From IMG/VR virus record IMGVR_UViG_3300020216_000031, positions 1-40,436 of that record: DNA of 40,436 nucleotides; one strand, 5' to 3'. The stretch comes from a virus (Duplodnaviria; Caudoviricetes). Numbering within the stretch: position 1 is the first letter of the stretch; each line of letters opens with the position of its first letter. The notes below the pieces were generated by a model. That model did not search any database and was not told the origin of the DNA. It saw nothing but the letters and a program-made list of their open reading frames with translations. The position numbers and the translations under genes are program-made. Positions 18,477 to 27,415 of the stretch are shown piece by piece.

Positions 18477-18500
18477 AGCACCCATTGAGGTGCTTTTTTT
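18477..18500 (+). terminator. Intrinsic terminator
   Basis: AGCACC-cattga-GGTGCT then a T tract. Confidence 0.75.
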
Positions 18501-18547
18501 ATACATGAATTTAACAAGTTATTAACGTGAAAGAGGTGGTATTTGGC

Positions 18548-18985
18548 ATGGCACGTCAAACATTATACGAGAAACTAGAAATTAAAGACAAACTTGAATT
18601 AGTCGAGGGTTGGAAAAGAGACGGCCTTACAGATGAGCAGATTGCTCACAATTTAGGTGTATCTAAGCACTCACTTATCAAGTGGAAAAAAGAGAAACCC
18701 GACTTTTCAGACGCCATAAAGAAAGGCAAAGAGGTTTCAGACTATGAGCTAGAGAACGCTCTACACAAGAGAGCAACAGGTTATTATTACAAAGAGGAAA
18801 CAGTGACAAATAAAGGCGATGTAGTCGAGATAGAGAAGTACGAACACGCAAACCCTACCAGCCTAATATTCGCACTGAAAAACAGGCTACCAGCTAAATA
18901 TAGAGATAAGGTTGAGCAAGAAATTACTCAGCGTAACATTGATTTGAATATCGGAGCTTACGACGATGACGACGGCGACAATTAA
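18548..18985 (+). CDS. terS: Terminase small subunit (HTH type)
   Basis: GWKRDGLTDEQIAHNLGVS...IFALKNR; overlaps terL; start ATG 18548. Confidence 0.8.
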   Translation: MARQTLYEKLEIKDKLELVEGWKRDGLTDEQIAHNLGVSKHSLIKWKKEKPDFSDAIKKGKEVSDYELENALHKRATGYYYKEETVTNKGDVVEIEKYEHANPTSLIFALKNRLPAKYRDKVEQEITQRNIDLNIGAYDDDDGDN

Positions 18986-20243
18986 TCTTAATTTTCCTAA
19001 GCCAGCAAAAGTGTTTAACAGAAATATTTTCAATATCCTAACAGACTACAGCCATTTCACAGAGGTGCATTATGGTGGTGGTTCGTCAGGCAAGTCGCAC
19101 GGCGTAGTTCAGAAAGTCGTGCTCAAAGCCTTACAGGATTGGAAATACCCACGCAAGATACTATGGCTCAGGAAAGTCGGAGCAACGATTGCAGACAGTT
19201 TATTCCAGGACGTTAAGGGCTGTCTGGTCGATTTCAAGATATGGGACTTTTGCGAGTGGAACAAAACAGACAATCGTATCACATTGCCTAACGGGGCTGT
19301 GTTCCTGTTTAAGGGCATGGATAATAGCGAGAAAATCAAATCAATTAAAGGTATCAGTGATGTAGTCATGGAAGAGGCCTCAGAGTTTCACTTGAACGAC
19401 TACACACAGCTCACTTTAAGGCTGAGGGAACGTAAACATTTAAACAAACAGATATTCTTAATGTTCAACCCTGTGAGCAAGCTCAATTGGGTATATAAAT
19501 ATTTCTTTACAGGCGAGCCTCACAAGAACACACTCATACAACAATCGAGCTACAAAGACAACAAGTTCCTTGATGAGATGACACGCCAAAACTTGGAGGA
19601 CTTAGCCAGCAGGAACCCAGCCTATTACAAAATATATGCGCTGGGCGAATTTGCTACGCTCGATAAGCTAGTGTTCCCTACACATACTGAAAGGCTCATA
19701 AGCCCTGATGAGGTCAAGCACCTACCGTCATACTTCGGCTTAGACTTTGGTTACATTAACGACCCTAGTGCTTTGATACACGTCAAAATAGACACTAGGA
19801 ACAAGCAGCTGTATATCATCGATGAATATGTTAAGACAGGCATGTTAAACGATGAAATAGCAAATGTAATCAAGCAGTTAGGCTATGCAAAAGAGCGCAT
19901 AACAGCAGACAGTGCTGAGAAGAAATCAATTGCAGAGATAAAGCGCAAAGGCATTGAACGTATTAAGCCAGCAATGAAAGGCGCTGACAGTATCATGTCA
20001 GGCATACAGTTTATAAGTCAGTTCGACATTATAGTCGACGAGCGCTGTACTAAGACGATTGAAGAGCTTAACAATTACACATGGAAAAAAGACAAGAACA
20101 CAGATGAATATTACAACGAACCCGTTGACACATACAATCACAGCATTGACGCCCTACGCTATGCAGTAGAAGAGCTCATGCTCAAAGACAAGCAAGGCAA
20201 AAAAGACGCTAAGCAGCTACGACGCATTAAAAGCTATTTTTAG
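18966..20243 (+). CDS. terL: PBSX/SPP1-type terminase large subunit
   Basis: YGGGSSGKS, VVMEEASE, MFNP, GLDFG, NHSIDALRY. Confidence 0.95.
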   Translation: MTTATINLNFPKPAKVFNRNIFNILTDYSHFTEVHYGGGSSGKSHGVVQKVVLKALQDWKYPRKILWLRKVGATIADSLFQDVKGCLVDFKIWDFCEWNKTDNRITLPNGAVFLFKGMDNSEKIKSIKGISDVVMEEASEFHLNDYTQLTLRLRERKHLNKQIFLMFNPVSKLNWVYKYFFTGEPHKNTLIQQSSYKDNKFLDEMTRQNLEDLASRNPAYYKIYALGEFATLDKLVFPTHTERLISPDEVKHLPSYFGLDFGYINDPSALIHVKIDTRNKQLYIIDEYVKTGMLNDEIANVIKQLGYAKERITADSAEKKSIAEIKRKGIERIKPAMKGADSIMSGIQFISQFDIIVDERCTKTIEELNNYTWKKDKNTDEYYNEPVDTYNHSIDALRYAVEELMLKDKQGKKDAKQLRRIKSYF

Positions 20244-20255
20244 GAGGTGCAGCAT

Positions 20256-21704
20256 TTGGGCTCACACTATCATGTAACTAATACACATAAATACAATTTG
20301 AAGTTTGGCAGAGAGGCAAATAGAGACATTCTTGCTAACTCGCCCGAAGAGCTAGAGAACATTGACGTGCTTAACAGTATTATCAGTGAGCACAAGAACA
20401 ATCAAGTGCCCCGTTTGCAGGTGCTAGAGGACTACTTCCTAAGCCAAAATACAGGCATACTTGAGGGACAGCGCAGAAAAGACGCAGAGAAAGCTGACCA
20501 TCGTGCAGTTCATAACTTTGCTAAATACATATCGCAGTTTATTGTTGGGTACCTAACAGGCAACCCGATAACGTTCACTCATGAAGATGATGAGACGCAA
20601 CAGGCAATATATGACCTGAACGACCAAAACGACGGCGACGCTGTGAACAGTGATGTCGCATTAGACTTGAGCATATATGGTCGTGCATATGAGATTGTGT
20701 TCAGAGACGAATACGGAGTCGATAGGTTCATGACCTTAGACCCTAAGAGCACATTTGTCGTATACAACCATGACATTGATAAGAAAGTCATTGCAGGCGT
20801 TCGCTACTATGACACAGTAGACAAGGACAGCATTAAGACAAATCACATTGACGTATACACAGATACTCATATTCATCACTATGTAATCAAGGACGGAGCA
20901 ACTCAGACAGTTGAGAGCTACCAGCACTTTTACAATGATGTGCCAATCGTTGAGTATCTGAACAATAAATTTAAGCAGGGCGACTTTGAGAACGTGCTCA
21001 GCTTGATTGACTTGTATGACTCAGCACAGTCAGACACAGCAAACTACATGAGCGACACAAATGACGCAATGCTGGCACTAATTGGCAACGCTGAACTTGA
21101 CGGCGAGGACGCTAAGGCGTTCAAAGACGCTAACATGATACATATTAGACCTGAAATCAATGCAAACGGTGGCGAGGGCAAAGCTGACGCTAAGTACATA
21201 TACAAGCAGTATGATGTGCAGGGCTCAGAGGCCTACAAGACTAGATTGCAAGATGACATTCACAAGTTCACGAATACACCTGACATGAACGACGAGAAAT
21301 TCTCAGGCCAGCAGTCAGGCGAGTCAATGAAATACAAGTTATTTGGCTTAGAGCAGACAAGAGCCACTAAAGAGCGTTTGTTCAAAAAAGGCTTAATGAA
21401 ACGCTACAAGTTGCTACTCAATAACAAGAACATTGAGGGCACTAAGGCACATGACCATGAAACTATAGACATAGCGTTCACGCCTAACTTACCGAAGTCG
21501 CTAAAAGACAATGTGGAAATGGTCAACATGCTTGCTGGTACCGTATCAGAGAAAACTCGACTTGGCCTCTTAGACTTTATCGACGACCCTAGCGCAGAGC
21601 TAGAGAAGATACAAGAAGAAGAGGACGAACAGATCGAACGAGCTGACAAACGTGAGTATAGTTTCGAGCCTGTAGCAAACGATGACGGCACACTGGAAGA
21701 GTGA
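20256..21704 (+). CDS. SPP1 gp6-like portal protein
   Basis: NFAKYI, IYGRAYE, GDFENVLSLIDLYD, SGESMKYKL, FTPNLP; AGGAGG supports TTG 20256. Confidence 0.92.
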   Translation: MGSHYHVTNTHKYNLKFGREANRDILANSPEELENIDVLNSIISEHKNNQVPRLQVLEDYFLSQNTGILEGQRRKDAEKADHRAVHNFAKYISQFIVGYLTGNPITFTHEDDETQQAIYDLNDQNDGDAVNSDVALDLSIYGRAYEIVFRDEYGVDRFMTLDPKSTFVVYNHDIDKKVIAGVRYYDTVDKDSIKTNHIDVYTDTHIHHYVIKDGATQTVESYQHFYNDVPIVEYLNNKFKQGDFENVLSLIDLYDSAQSDTANYMSDTNDAMLALIGNAELDGEDAKAFKDANMIHIRPEINANGGEGKADAKYIYKQYDVQGSEAYKTRLQDDIHKFTNTPDMNDEKFSGQQSGESMKYKLFGLEQTRATKERLFKKGLMKRYKLLLNNKNIEGTKAHDHETIDIAFTPNLPKSLKDNVEMVNMLAGTVSEKTRLGLLDFIDDPSAELEKIQEEEDEQIERADKREYSFEPVANDDGTLEE

Positions 21705-21710
21705 TAAGCT

Positions 21711-22694
21711 ATGACGACAAACCAGGAATATTGGCGAGAACGTGCTAAAGAGGCCATGAAAAAAGAGACTCAAGACGACAGAGAGGCAATCAAGCGTATC
21801 AATGAAGTTGTAGACGAGATGGTAGATGACATTGAGCGTGAGGTGCTGGCCTTTTATGCTAAGTATGCAACAGCTGAGGGCATGACTTTGGAAGATGCTA
21901 AAAAGAAAATTGACCGTACTGATATCAGGAAATTAGAGAATAAAGCAAAACAGTATGTAGACAATAAAGATTTTAGCGACAAGGCCAATGAGGAACTCAG
22001 ACAGTACAATACAAAAATGTATGTGAGTCGTGAGCGTATGTTGCAGATGCAGCTAGGGCTGATAATGACATACGCTACAGCACATCTTGAGAGTCAAATG
22101 TATAATTACATGGAAAGTGCGTATTATAGAGAGATACAAAGACAGGCTGGCCTGATAGGAGCAACAGCAAATGTCTCAATTGAGCATGTGAGAGCTGTTA
22201 TCTTCTCAGAGCTTGACGACGTTGTATGGTCTACTCGTATATGGCGCAACATGGAGCACACTCGAGCACAGGTAAACAAGGCAATCAGACATACAATGCT
22301 GAGAGGTCGACACCCTAAAGAGTTTGTCCCTGAGTTGAGAAAGCAGTCAGGAGCAACAGCATATCAAGCTAAAAGACTATTACTAACAGAGACGGCAAGA
22401 GTACAGACACAAGCCCAAAAACAGCACTATGAGGCTACAATGGGCGACAGTGCAGAATATGAGTTCCTTGCTTTCTTAGATGACCGCACAACTAACATAT
22501 GCAGAAGTCATAACGAGAATGTTTATAAGGTTAAAGATATGACACCAGGTGTAAACGCACCACCTATGCACCCTCATTGCAGAAGTTTCACAGTGCCACA
22601 TGTTGGCAATTGGAGAGACAAGTTTTTCAAAGAGCGTGAGGGTAGATACAAAATAGACGGTTTTGAAATAGAGGCGAATGACAAATATGAGTAA
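21711..22694 (+). CDS. Minor head protein (SPP1 gp7 / MuF-like)
   Basis: YWRER, WSTRIW, RLLLTE, DDRTTNIC, PPMHPHCRS. Confidence 0.9.
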   Translation: MTTNQEYWRERAKEAMKKETQDDREAIKRINEVVDEMVDDIEREVLAFYAKYATAEGMTLEDAKKKIDRTDIRKLENKAKQYVDNKDFSDKANEELRQYNTKMYVSRERMLQMQLGLIMTYATAHLESQMYNYMESAYYREIQRQAGLIGATANVSIEHVRAVIFSELDDVVWSTRIWRNMEHTRAQVNKAIRHTMLRGRHPKEFVPELRKQSGATAYQAKRLLLTETARVQTQAQKQHYEATMGDSAEYEFLAFLDDRTTNICRSHNENVYKVKDMTPGVNAPPMHPHCRSFTVPHVGNWRDKFFKEREGRYKIDGFEIEANDKYE

Positions 22695-22851
22695 TCAAGA
22701 TACAGGTTATTTGAAATTGATAGCACAGAGCCTACACGGCATACACAAAGAGCTTATCAAGCTAAACAACACGCACCCAGCCAACAGAGCTGAGGGTAAA
22801 GCAGAGAAACCAAAAAGCACAAGAGAGTTAGACCCTAAAGACTTTATATAA
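22687..22851 (+). CDS. 54-aa hypothetical head-module protein MSNQDTGYLKLIAQSLHGIHKELIKLN... (not in ORF track)
   Basis: GAGG RBS; overlaps the previous stop; followed by a terminator. Confidence 0.65.
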   Translation: MSNQDTGYLKLIAQSLHGIHKELIKLNNTHPANRAEGKAEKPKSTRELDPKDFI

Positions 22852-22886
22852 GCTACTTCCCTATTGCTGGGAGGTGGCTTTTTATT
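22851..22886 (+). terminator. Intrinsic terminator
   Basis: AGCTACTTCCC-tattgct-GGGAGGTGGCT then a T tract. Confidence 0.75.
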
Positions 22887-22964
22887 ATGCCCAAAACGTG
22901 CTGATGGCGTAAAAAGCATGTATGGAAATTAGAGCCGACGGGCTATAAATGGAGGCAATCACAT

Positions 22965-23591
22965 ATGACTGACAAATTAAGATTAAACTTACAGCACTTT
23001 GCTGAACAATCAGGCGAAGCAGCAGACAATAATAATGAGCAGGCTGGAAACGATGATAACCAGCAAGGTGCTGGCACACAGCAACAAGACGAGGGCGATA
23101 ATAAAGGCGATGAAAAGACTTTTACTCAAGATGAAGTAAATCAAATCATCGAGAAGCGTATCGCTAGAGAACAAAAGAAAGCTGATGAGAAAGCCAAAGA
23201 GGCTGAGAAGTTAGCAAAAATGAACAAAGACCAAAAGGCTGAGTATGAGCGTGAGAAGATGCAAAAAGAGCTCGACGCCTATAAGGCTAAAGAGGCACGC
23301 TATGAAATGAAGCAGACAGCTAAAGACATGCTCAAAGAAAAGGACATCACAGCAGATGATGACCTACTCGAAATTGTGACAGCTGACACAGCTGACCAAA
23401 CAAGCGAGAACGTCAAAGCTTTTACAGATGTGCTTAACAAAATGGTTAAAGAGCAGGTACAAGCTAAGCTGACACAAGGCACGCCTAAGAGCTTTCAAGC
23501 TACAGGCTCAATGACTCGTGAGGACATCATGGGCATTAAGGACGACTCAGCACGACAAAGAGCAATTGCTCAAAATAGACACTTATTCTAA
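22965..23591 (+). CDS. Capsid scaffold protein (DUF4355) with N-terminal Prp cleavage motif
   Basis: LRLNLQHFAE; KTFTQDEVNQIIEKRIARE; coiled coil. Confidence 0.9.
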   Translation: MTDKLRLNLQHFAEQSGEAADNNNEQAGNDDNQQGAGTQQQDEGDNKGDEKTFTQDEVNQIIEKRIAREQKKADEKAKEAEKLAKMNKDQKAEYEREKMQKELDAYKAKEARYEMKQTAKDMLKEKDITADDDLLEIVTADTADQTSENVKAFTDVLNKMVKEQVQAKLTQGTPKSFQATGSMTREDIMGIKDDSARQRAIAQNRHLF

Positions 23592-23611
23592 ACTATCGGA
23601 GGTTTTACATA

Positions 23612-24535
23612 ATGGCAGTAGAAAATAACTTAATTGATGTAGAAGCATTAGGGGAAGCAAAGTCGATTGACTTCGCTAACAAGATGGGCGAACGCTTAAA
23701 TAAATTATTTGAAGCATTAGGCATCACAAATAAAATTCCTATGAACGTAGGCTCAGCATTAAAACAATATCGTTTTAACGTTATCGAGTCAGAGGCTCCT
23801 AACGGCAACGTTGAAGAGGGCGAAATCATTCCATTAACTAAAGTTGAGCGTGAGCTAGTGAACATCACAGAGCTTGAGTTCCGTAAGTTCCGTAAATCAA
23901 CATCAGCTGAGGCTATCCAATCACACGGCTATGACTTAGCAATCAACCGTACAGACGCAGAGCTTATTCGCTATGTACAGAAGAAATTCAGAACAGACTT
24001 CTTTGAAACTATCGAGGCAGCTGTGAACAACGCAGACCGTACAAACACAGAAGCGTTATCAGGTAAGAACTTGCAAGGTGCGTTATCTCGTGGCCGTGCT
24101 AACTTATCTGTATTACTTGATGATGAAGTGACACCTATCGCGTTAGTAAACCCTAATGACGTAGCAGGACACTTAGCAGATGGTTTCATCAACTCAAACG
24201 GTTCTCAATTCGGATTGAATTTATTAACACCATATGTAGGTGTGCAAGTAATCGAGTTCGCAGACGTACCACAAGGCACTGTATACATGACTACAGCTGA
24301 AAACTTAAACGTTGCATATGCAAACCCACAAGGCGAAATGAGCAGAGCGTTCAACTTTGCCTCAGACCAAACAGGCTTTGTAGGTGTCATTCATGACATT
24401 CAACCACAACGTTTAACAGCTGATACTGTATATGCGTCAGCAATTTCAATGTTCCCTGAAAACGTGGACGCAGTTATCGCTGTAGACATTGAGGGCGAAC
24501 AAGCTGACGGTGGCTCTACTCCCAGCGAGGCCTAA
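23612..24535 (+). CDS. Major capsid protein
   Basis: Follows the scaffold; VEEGEIIPLTKV...FRKFRKSTSAEAI. Confidence 0.9.
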   Translation: MAVENNLIDVEALGEAKSIDFANKMGERLNKLFEALGITNKIPMNVGSALKQYRFNVIESEAPNGNVEEGEIIPLTKVERELVNITELEFRKFRKSTSAEAIQSHGYDLAINRTDAELIRYVQKKFRTDFFETIEAAVNNADRTNTEALSGKNLQGALSRGRANLSVLLDDEVTPIALVNPNDVAGHLADGFINSNGSQFGLNLLTPYVGVQVIEFADVPQGTVYMTTAENLNVAYANPQGEMSRAFNFASDQTGFVGVIHDIQPQRLTADTVYASAISMFPENVDAVIAVDIEGEQADGGSTPSEA

Positions 24536-24587
24536 GGGCGTAAGCGTTAGACCTAACGTAAAATCGGCAAGAATTTCAGTTAAATAA
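24518..24587 (+). other. Putative +1 frameshift extension of the major capsid protein
   Basis: ACT CCC AGC GAG GCC TAA; the +1 frame from 24522 gives PARPKGVSVRPNVKSARISVK*. Confidence 0.7.
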
Positions 24588-24604
24588 TTTTAGGAGGCTA
24601 TACA

Positions 24605-24874
24605 ATGGCAGACATATTAAAAGTATATCAAGGCGAGAACGTTGTAGGACAAGCTGAGCGTGCAGAAGATGGCACAGCGTCAGTTACGATTGACGGATTA
24701 GAGGCTGGAACTGAGTACGCAGCAGGTACATATCAGGTAACTTTCAGTAATGAGGCAGGCGAATCAGCTAAGGTTGACGTGCCAGCTTTCACTACTAAGG
24801 AAAGCGCACCAGCAGAACCTCAAAACGTTACTACAGAAACGACAGAGGACTCAGCAGACGTGAGCGCAGAATAA
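24605..24874 (+). CDS. Split/permuted fibronectin type III-like virion decoration protein
   Basis: VTIDGLEAGTEY...YQVTFSNEAGES (FN3 strands E-G); C-terminal PAEPQNVTTETTEDSADVSAE resembles FN3 strands A-B. Confidence 0.75.
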   Translation: MADILKVYQGENVVGQAERAEDGTASVTIDGLEAGTEYAAGTYQVTFSNEAGESAKVDVPAFTTKESAPAEPQNVTTETTEDSADVSAE

Positions 24875-24888
24875 GGAGGCGTTAAGCA

Positions 24889-25218
24889 ATGGCGTACATT
24901 GACGGCGTAAAGCTCCTTATAGGTTTGAATGATAATAAGCAAGATGACCAGCTTGAAAAAATAATCGACGTTACGGAAAAACGCTTAATAGCAATGTTAC
25001 CGAAAGACGTAGAGGCAGTGCCTAGTTCCCTTGATTGGGTCGTCGAAGAGGTAGCAGTTAAGCGTTACAACCGTATAGGCGCAGAGGGTATGAGCTCCGA
25101 GAGCATTGACGGTCGCTCAACAAAGTTTCAAGAGAACGACTTCGACGAGTACCTATCAATCATCGAGGACGAGTTCCCGTCTACTTCAAGTAAAAAAGGA
25201 AGTATCAAGTTTTATTGA
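24889..25218 (+). CDS. Head-tail connector (SPP1 gp15-like)
   Basis: EVAVKRYNRIGAEGMSSES.DG. Confidence 0.88.
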   Translation: MAYIDGVKLLIGLNDNKQDDQLEKIIDVTEKRLIAMLPKDVEAVPSSLDWVVEEVAVKRYNRIGAEGMSSESIDGRSTKFQENDFDEYLSIIEDEFPSTSSKKGSIKFY

Positions 25219-25520
25219 GATATGAACATAGAGCTACCCTTGTTAAAGAGGGTCAAAAGCAATACAACCCTGACATTGGGAAGTATGAAAATGCTGGTCA
25301 GCAAGTTTTCGACTCAGTTCCTTGCAACAAGTCGCCTCTCTCGCCTCAGCGTACAGCTGTAGAGTTCGGGGAGGTTACTCGTGATATAAGTATCATAAGA
25401 CTGAACAATCGTTTTGACGAGCCCGTGACGCACGCCTATATAGATGGCGTTAAATATCTCATCGTTAGGCCTGTAAGATATAGACGAGACACAGTTTTCT
25501 ATATTGAAGAGGTCAACTAA
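25215..25520 (+). CDS. Head closure protein
   Basis: MRYEHR...YNPDIGKY; position in the neck module. Confidence 0.75.
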   Translation: MRYEHRATLVKEGQKQYNPDIGKYENAGQQVFDSVPCNKSPLSPQRTAVEFGEVTRDISIIRLNNRFDEPVTHAYIDGVKYLIVRPVRYRRDTVFYIEEVN

Positions 25521-25867
25521 TGAGAATTACAGGCGTAAACAAACTCATTAAGAGAATACAGAGAAACCAACAGACCATTGACGACGACGTCGACTATATC
25601 CTCAAGCAGAACGCTAAAGAGTTTGCAGCAGATACAGTCACAGAGGCACGTCGTGTGATGGTCAAAGGTTACTGGACGGGCAACCTTGCTCGAATGGTCG
25701 AAGATACGAAACAAGGACAGATGAGTTACATTATCACATCAAACGCACACTATTCAGGCTTTCTTGAATACGGTACTAGGTACATGGAGCCTGAGACATT
25801 TATGAAACAGATTTATCAGAAATATAGTGCTCAGGTAAACGCAGACATTGAGAGATTGCTCAAATAA
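25520..25867 (+). CDS. HK97 gp10-like neck/tail protein
   Basis: TGNLAR, YSGFLEYGTRYM. Confidence 0.85.
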   Translation: MRITGVNKLIKRIQRNQQTIDDDVDYILKQNAKEFAADTVTEARRVMVKGYWTGNLARMVEDTKQGQMSYIITSNAHYSGFLEYGTRYMEPETFMKQIYQKYSAQVNADIERLLK

Positions 25868-25883
25868 GGAGGGACAAAAGCTA

Positions 25884-26276
25884 ATGGCTAAACAATCAGC
25901 AAAATTCGAGTTATTCAATTATCTATTTAAGACTTTCAGAGCGCTGGGGGTTCCTGTTGTACGAACGAAAGAACTTCATCAAGAGCTACCTTATCCGTTT
26001 ATCGTACTTGAGGTCGTCGAGGACAGTATCGGCGTAATGAGTATTGATAATTATTCGGGTACGCCAACAGTGAGAGCTCACTTGTGGTGCACGGAGGACG
26101 ACCTTGCCAGCGCTGACAGGGTATACATACAGATACAAGAGACTCTACTAAATGTTGAAAAGCTCCCGTCTTACAGAGTAACTCTCGAGAACTTAGACAC
26201 AGTAGACGCAACAGACACAACAACAAATCAAACATTGCAGCATACAGTTATAGACGCAACTTACAGAGCGTCATAG
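25884..26276 (+). CDS. Tail terminator / completion protein
   Basis: ELPYPFIV; precedes the tail tube gene; start ATG 25884. Confidence 0.75.
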   Translation: MAKQSAKFELFNYLFKTFRALGVPVVRTKELHQELPYPFIVLEVVEDSIGVMSIDNYSGTPTVRAHLWCTEDDLASADRVYIQIQETLLNVEKLPSYRVTLENLDTVDATDTTTNQTLQHTVIDATYRAS

Positions 26277-26304
26277 GGCAGGCCTAGTCTAAGGCTTGCC
26301 TTTT
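26277..26304 (+). terminator. Terminator-like hairpin
   Basis: GGCAGGCCT-agtcta-AGGCTTGCC then TTTT. Confidence 0.55.
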
Positions 26305-26336
26305 ATTATGCTGATAAAACAGGAGGGCATTTATAT

Positions 26337-26915
26337 ATGGCAATTAAACAAGGTTCTGACGAGTTAGCGTTAGTCCGTAAGTTAGGCGACGCTACAGAGG
26401 CAGACAAAATCATGTGGATTACAGAATTAGAACGTGAAACAGAGCGAGACACAGACATCGAGGCTACAGTTGACGGTTCAGTTAGCTCAGGAGGTACACG
26501 TGAGTCAACAGTAACTATCACGTCTTATATGGACGTAGATGACGAGTTAAGTGACGAAATCGAGGACGCAGCAGAGGACGCTGTGCCATATGAATTATGG
26601 ATTATCAATAAAAAAGTACAAGGCTCAGGCGAGAATGAGGGCAAATATAAGGCTGAGTATCGTCAAGGACATTTCAACTCAATCACTCGTACTAACGAGG
26701 CTGACTCTATTGCAGAGTTCGAGACTGAGTTCGGCGTTTATGCTAAGAAACAAAGAGGCTTTGCGTCTCTACCTGAAATCGTAGAGCAAAACAAAGCAGC
26801 TTACGGTTTCCACGACACTACAGCAGATGACCCAGCAGACGACGGACTTGCTGACTTACCTGACGAGGATATCCCACAACCTGACGAGGGTGCGACAGGC
26901 GAAGAAACTCCCTAA
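26337..26915 (+). CDS. Major tail (tube) protein, TP901-1 family
   Basis: GSDELALVRKLG, EATVDG, YELWIIN, YGFHDT; ends CCC TAA. Confidence 0.9.
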   Translation: MAIKQGSDELALVRKLGDATEADKIMWITELERETERDTDIEATVDGSVSSGGTRESTVTITSYMDVDDELSDEIEDAAEDAVPYELWIINKKVQGSGENEGKYKAEYRQGHFNSITRTNEADSIAEFETEFGVYAKKQRGFASLPEIVEQNKAAYGFHDTTADDPADDGLADLPDEDIPQPDEGATGEETP

Positions 26916-26976
26916 GGCTCCCGAAATCGCTGAGGTAACAACTGGCACGAACGAGGTCAGCATTTCAGCAGAGTAG
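26907..26976 (+). other. Programmed +1 frameshift extension of the major tail protein
   Basis: ACT CCC TAA G (SPP1 gp17.1-type CCC-UAA); the +1 frame gives PKAPEIAEVTTGTNEVSISAE*. Confidence 0.85.
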
Positions 26977-26991
26977 GGCAAACAACATAAT

Positions 26992-27016
26992 GAGGGCGCT
27001 AAGCCCTCTCTTTTTT
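26992..27016 (+). terminator. Intrinsic terminator placed after the frameshift extension
   Basis: GAGGGC-gctaa-GCCCTC then TCTTTTTT. Confidence 0.7.
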
Positions 27017-27055
27017 ATTACTAAATTAAAACATACAAGCGAGGCTATTTTTATT

Positions 27056-27415
27056 ATGGAAATTCAATTCAAAGGCAAAACAATCGACTTATCATTCGGC
27101 TTTAAAGCGTTATCTATCATCGACAAACGCTTAGGCATGGAAATCGAGCAAATGAGTATCGGACAAGGCTTACAGCTTTTAGTTCCTAACTTAGCGCAAG
27201 GCAACCCTATCACTATTGGCGAGGTTATTCTTGCAACAACAGCACATCACAAGAAAGCTCCTCAAGAGTCAGACCTTGACGACATTCTTGACGACATTGC
27301 AGAGAATGAGGGCTTTGAGGCGTTCGGCGAGCAAATCATCAAGGAATTGGGAAAGAGACCTACAACCCAAAACCTAGTACCCGACGAGTACAAACCGAAG
27401 AAACAGAGCAAGTAA
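27056..27415 (+). CDS. Tail assembly chaperone (gpG equivalent)
   Basis: LSFGFKAL..ID; start ATG 27056 with GAGG RBS. Confidence 0.85.
   Translation: MEIQFKGKTIDLSFGFKALSIIDKRLGMEIEQMSIGQGLQLLVPNLAQGNPITIGEVILATTAHHKKAPQESDLDDILDDIAENEGFEAFGEQIIKELGKRPTTQNLVPDEYKPKKQSK

Noticed and set aside
27349-27355. -1 frameshift in the tail chaperone as a novelty
   Set aside because: Real but standard (lambda G/GT type); listed as a feature
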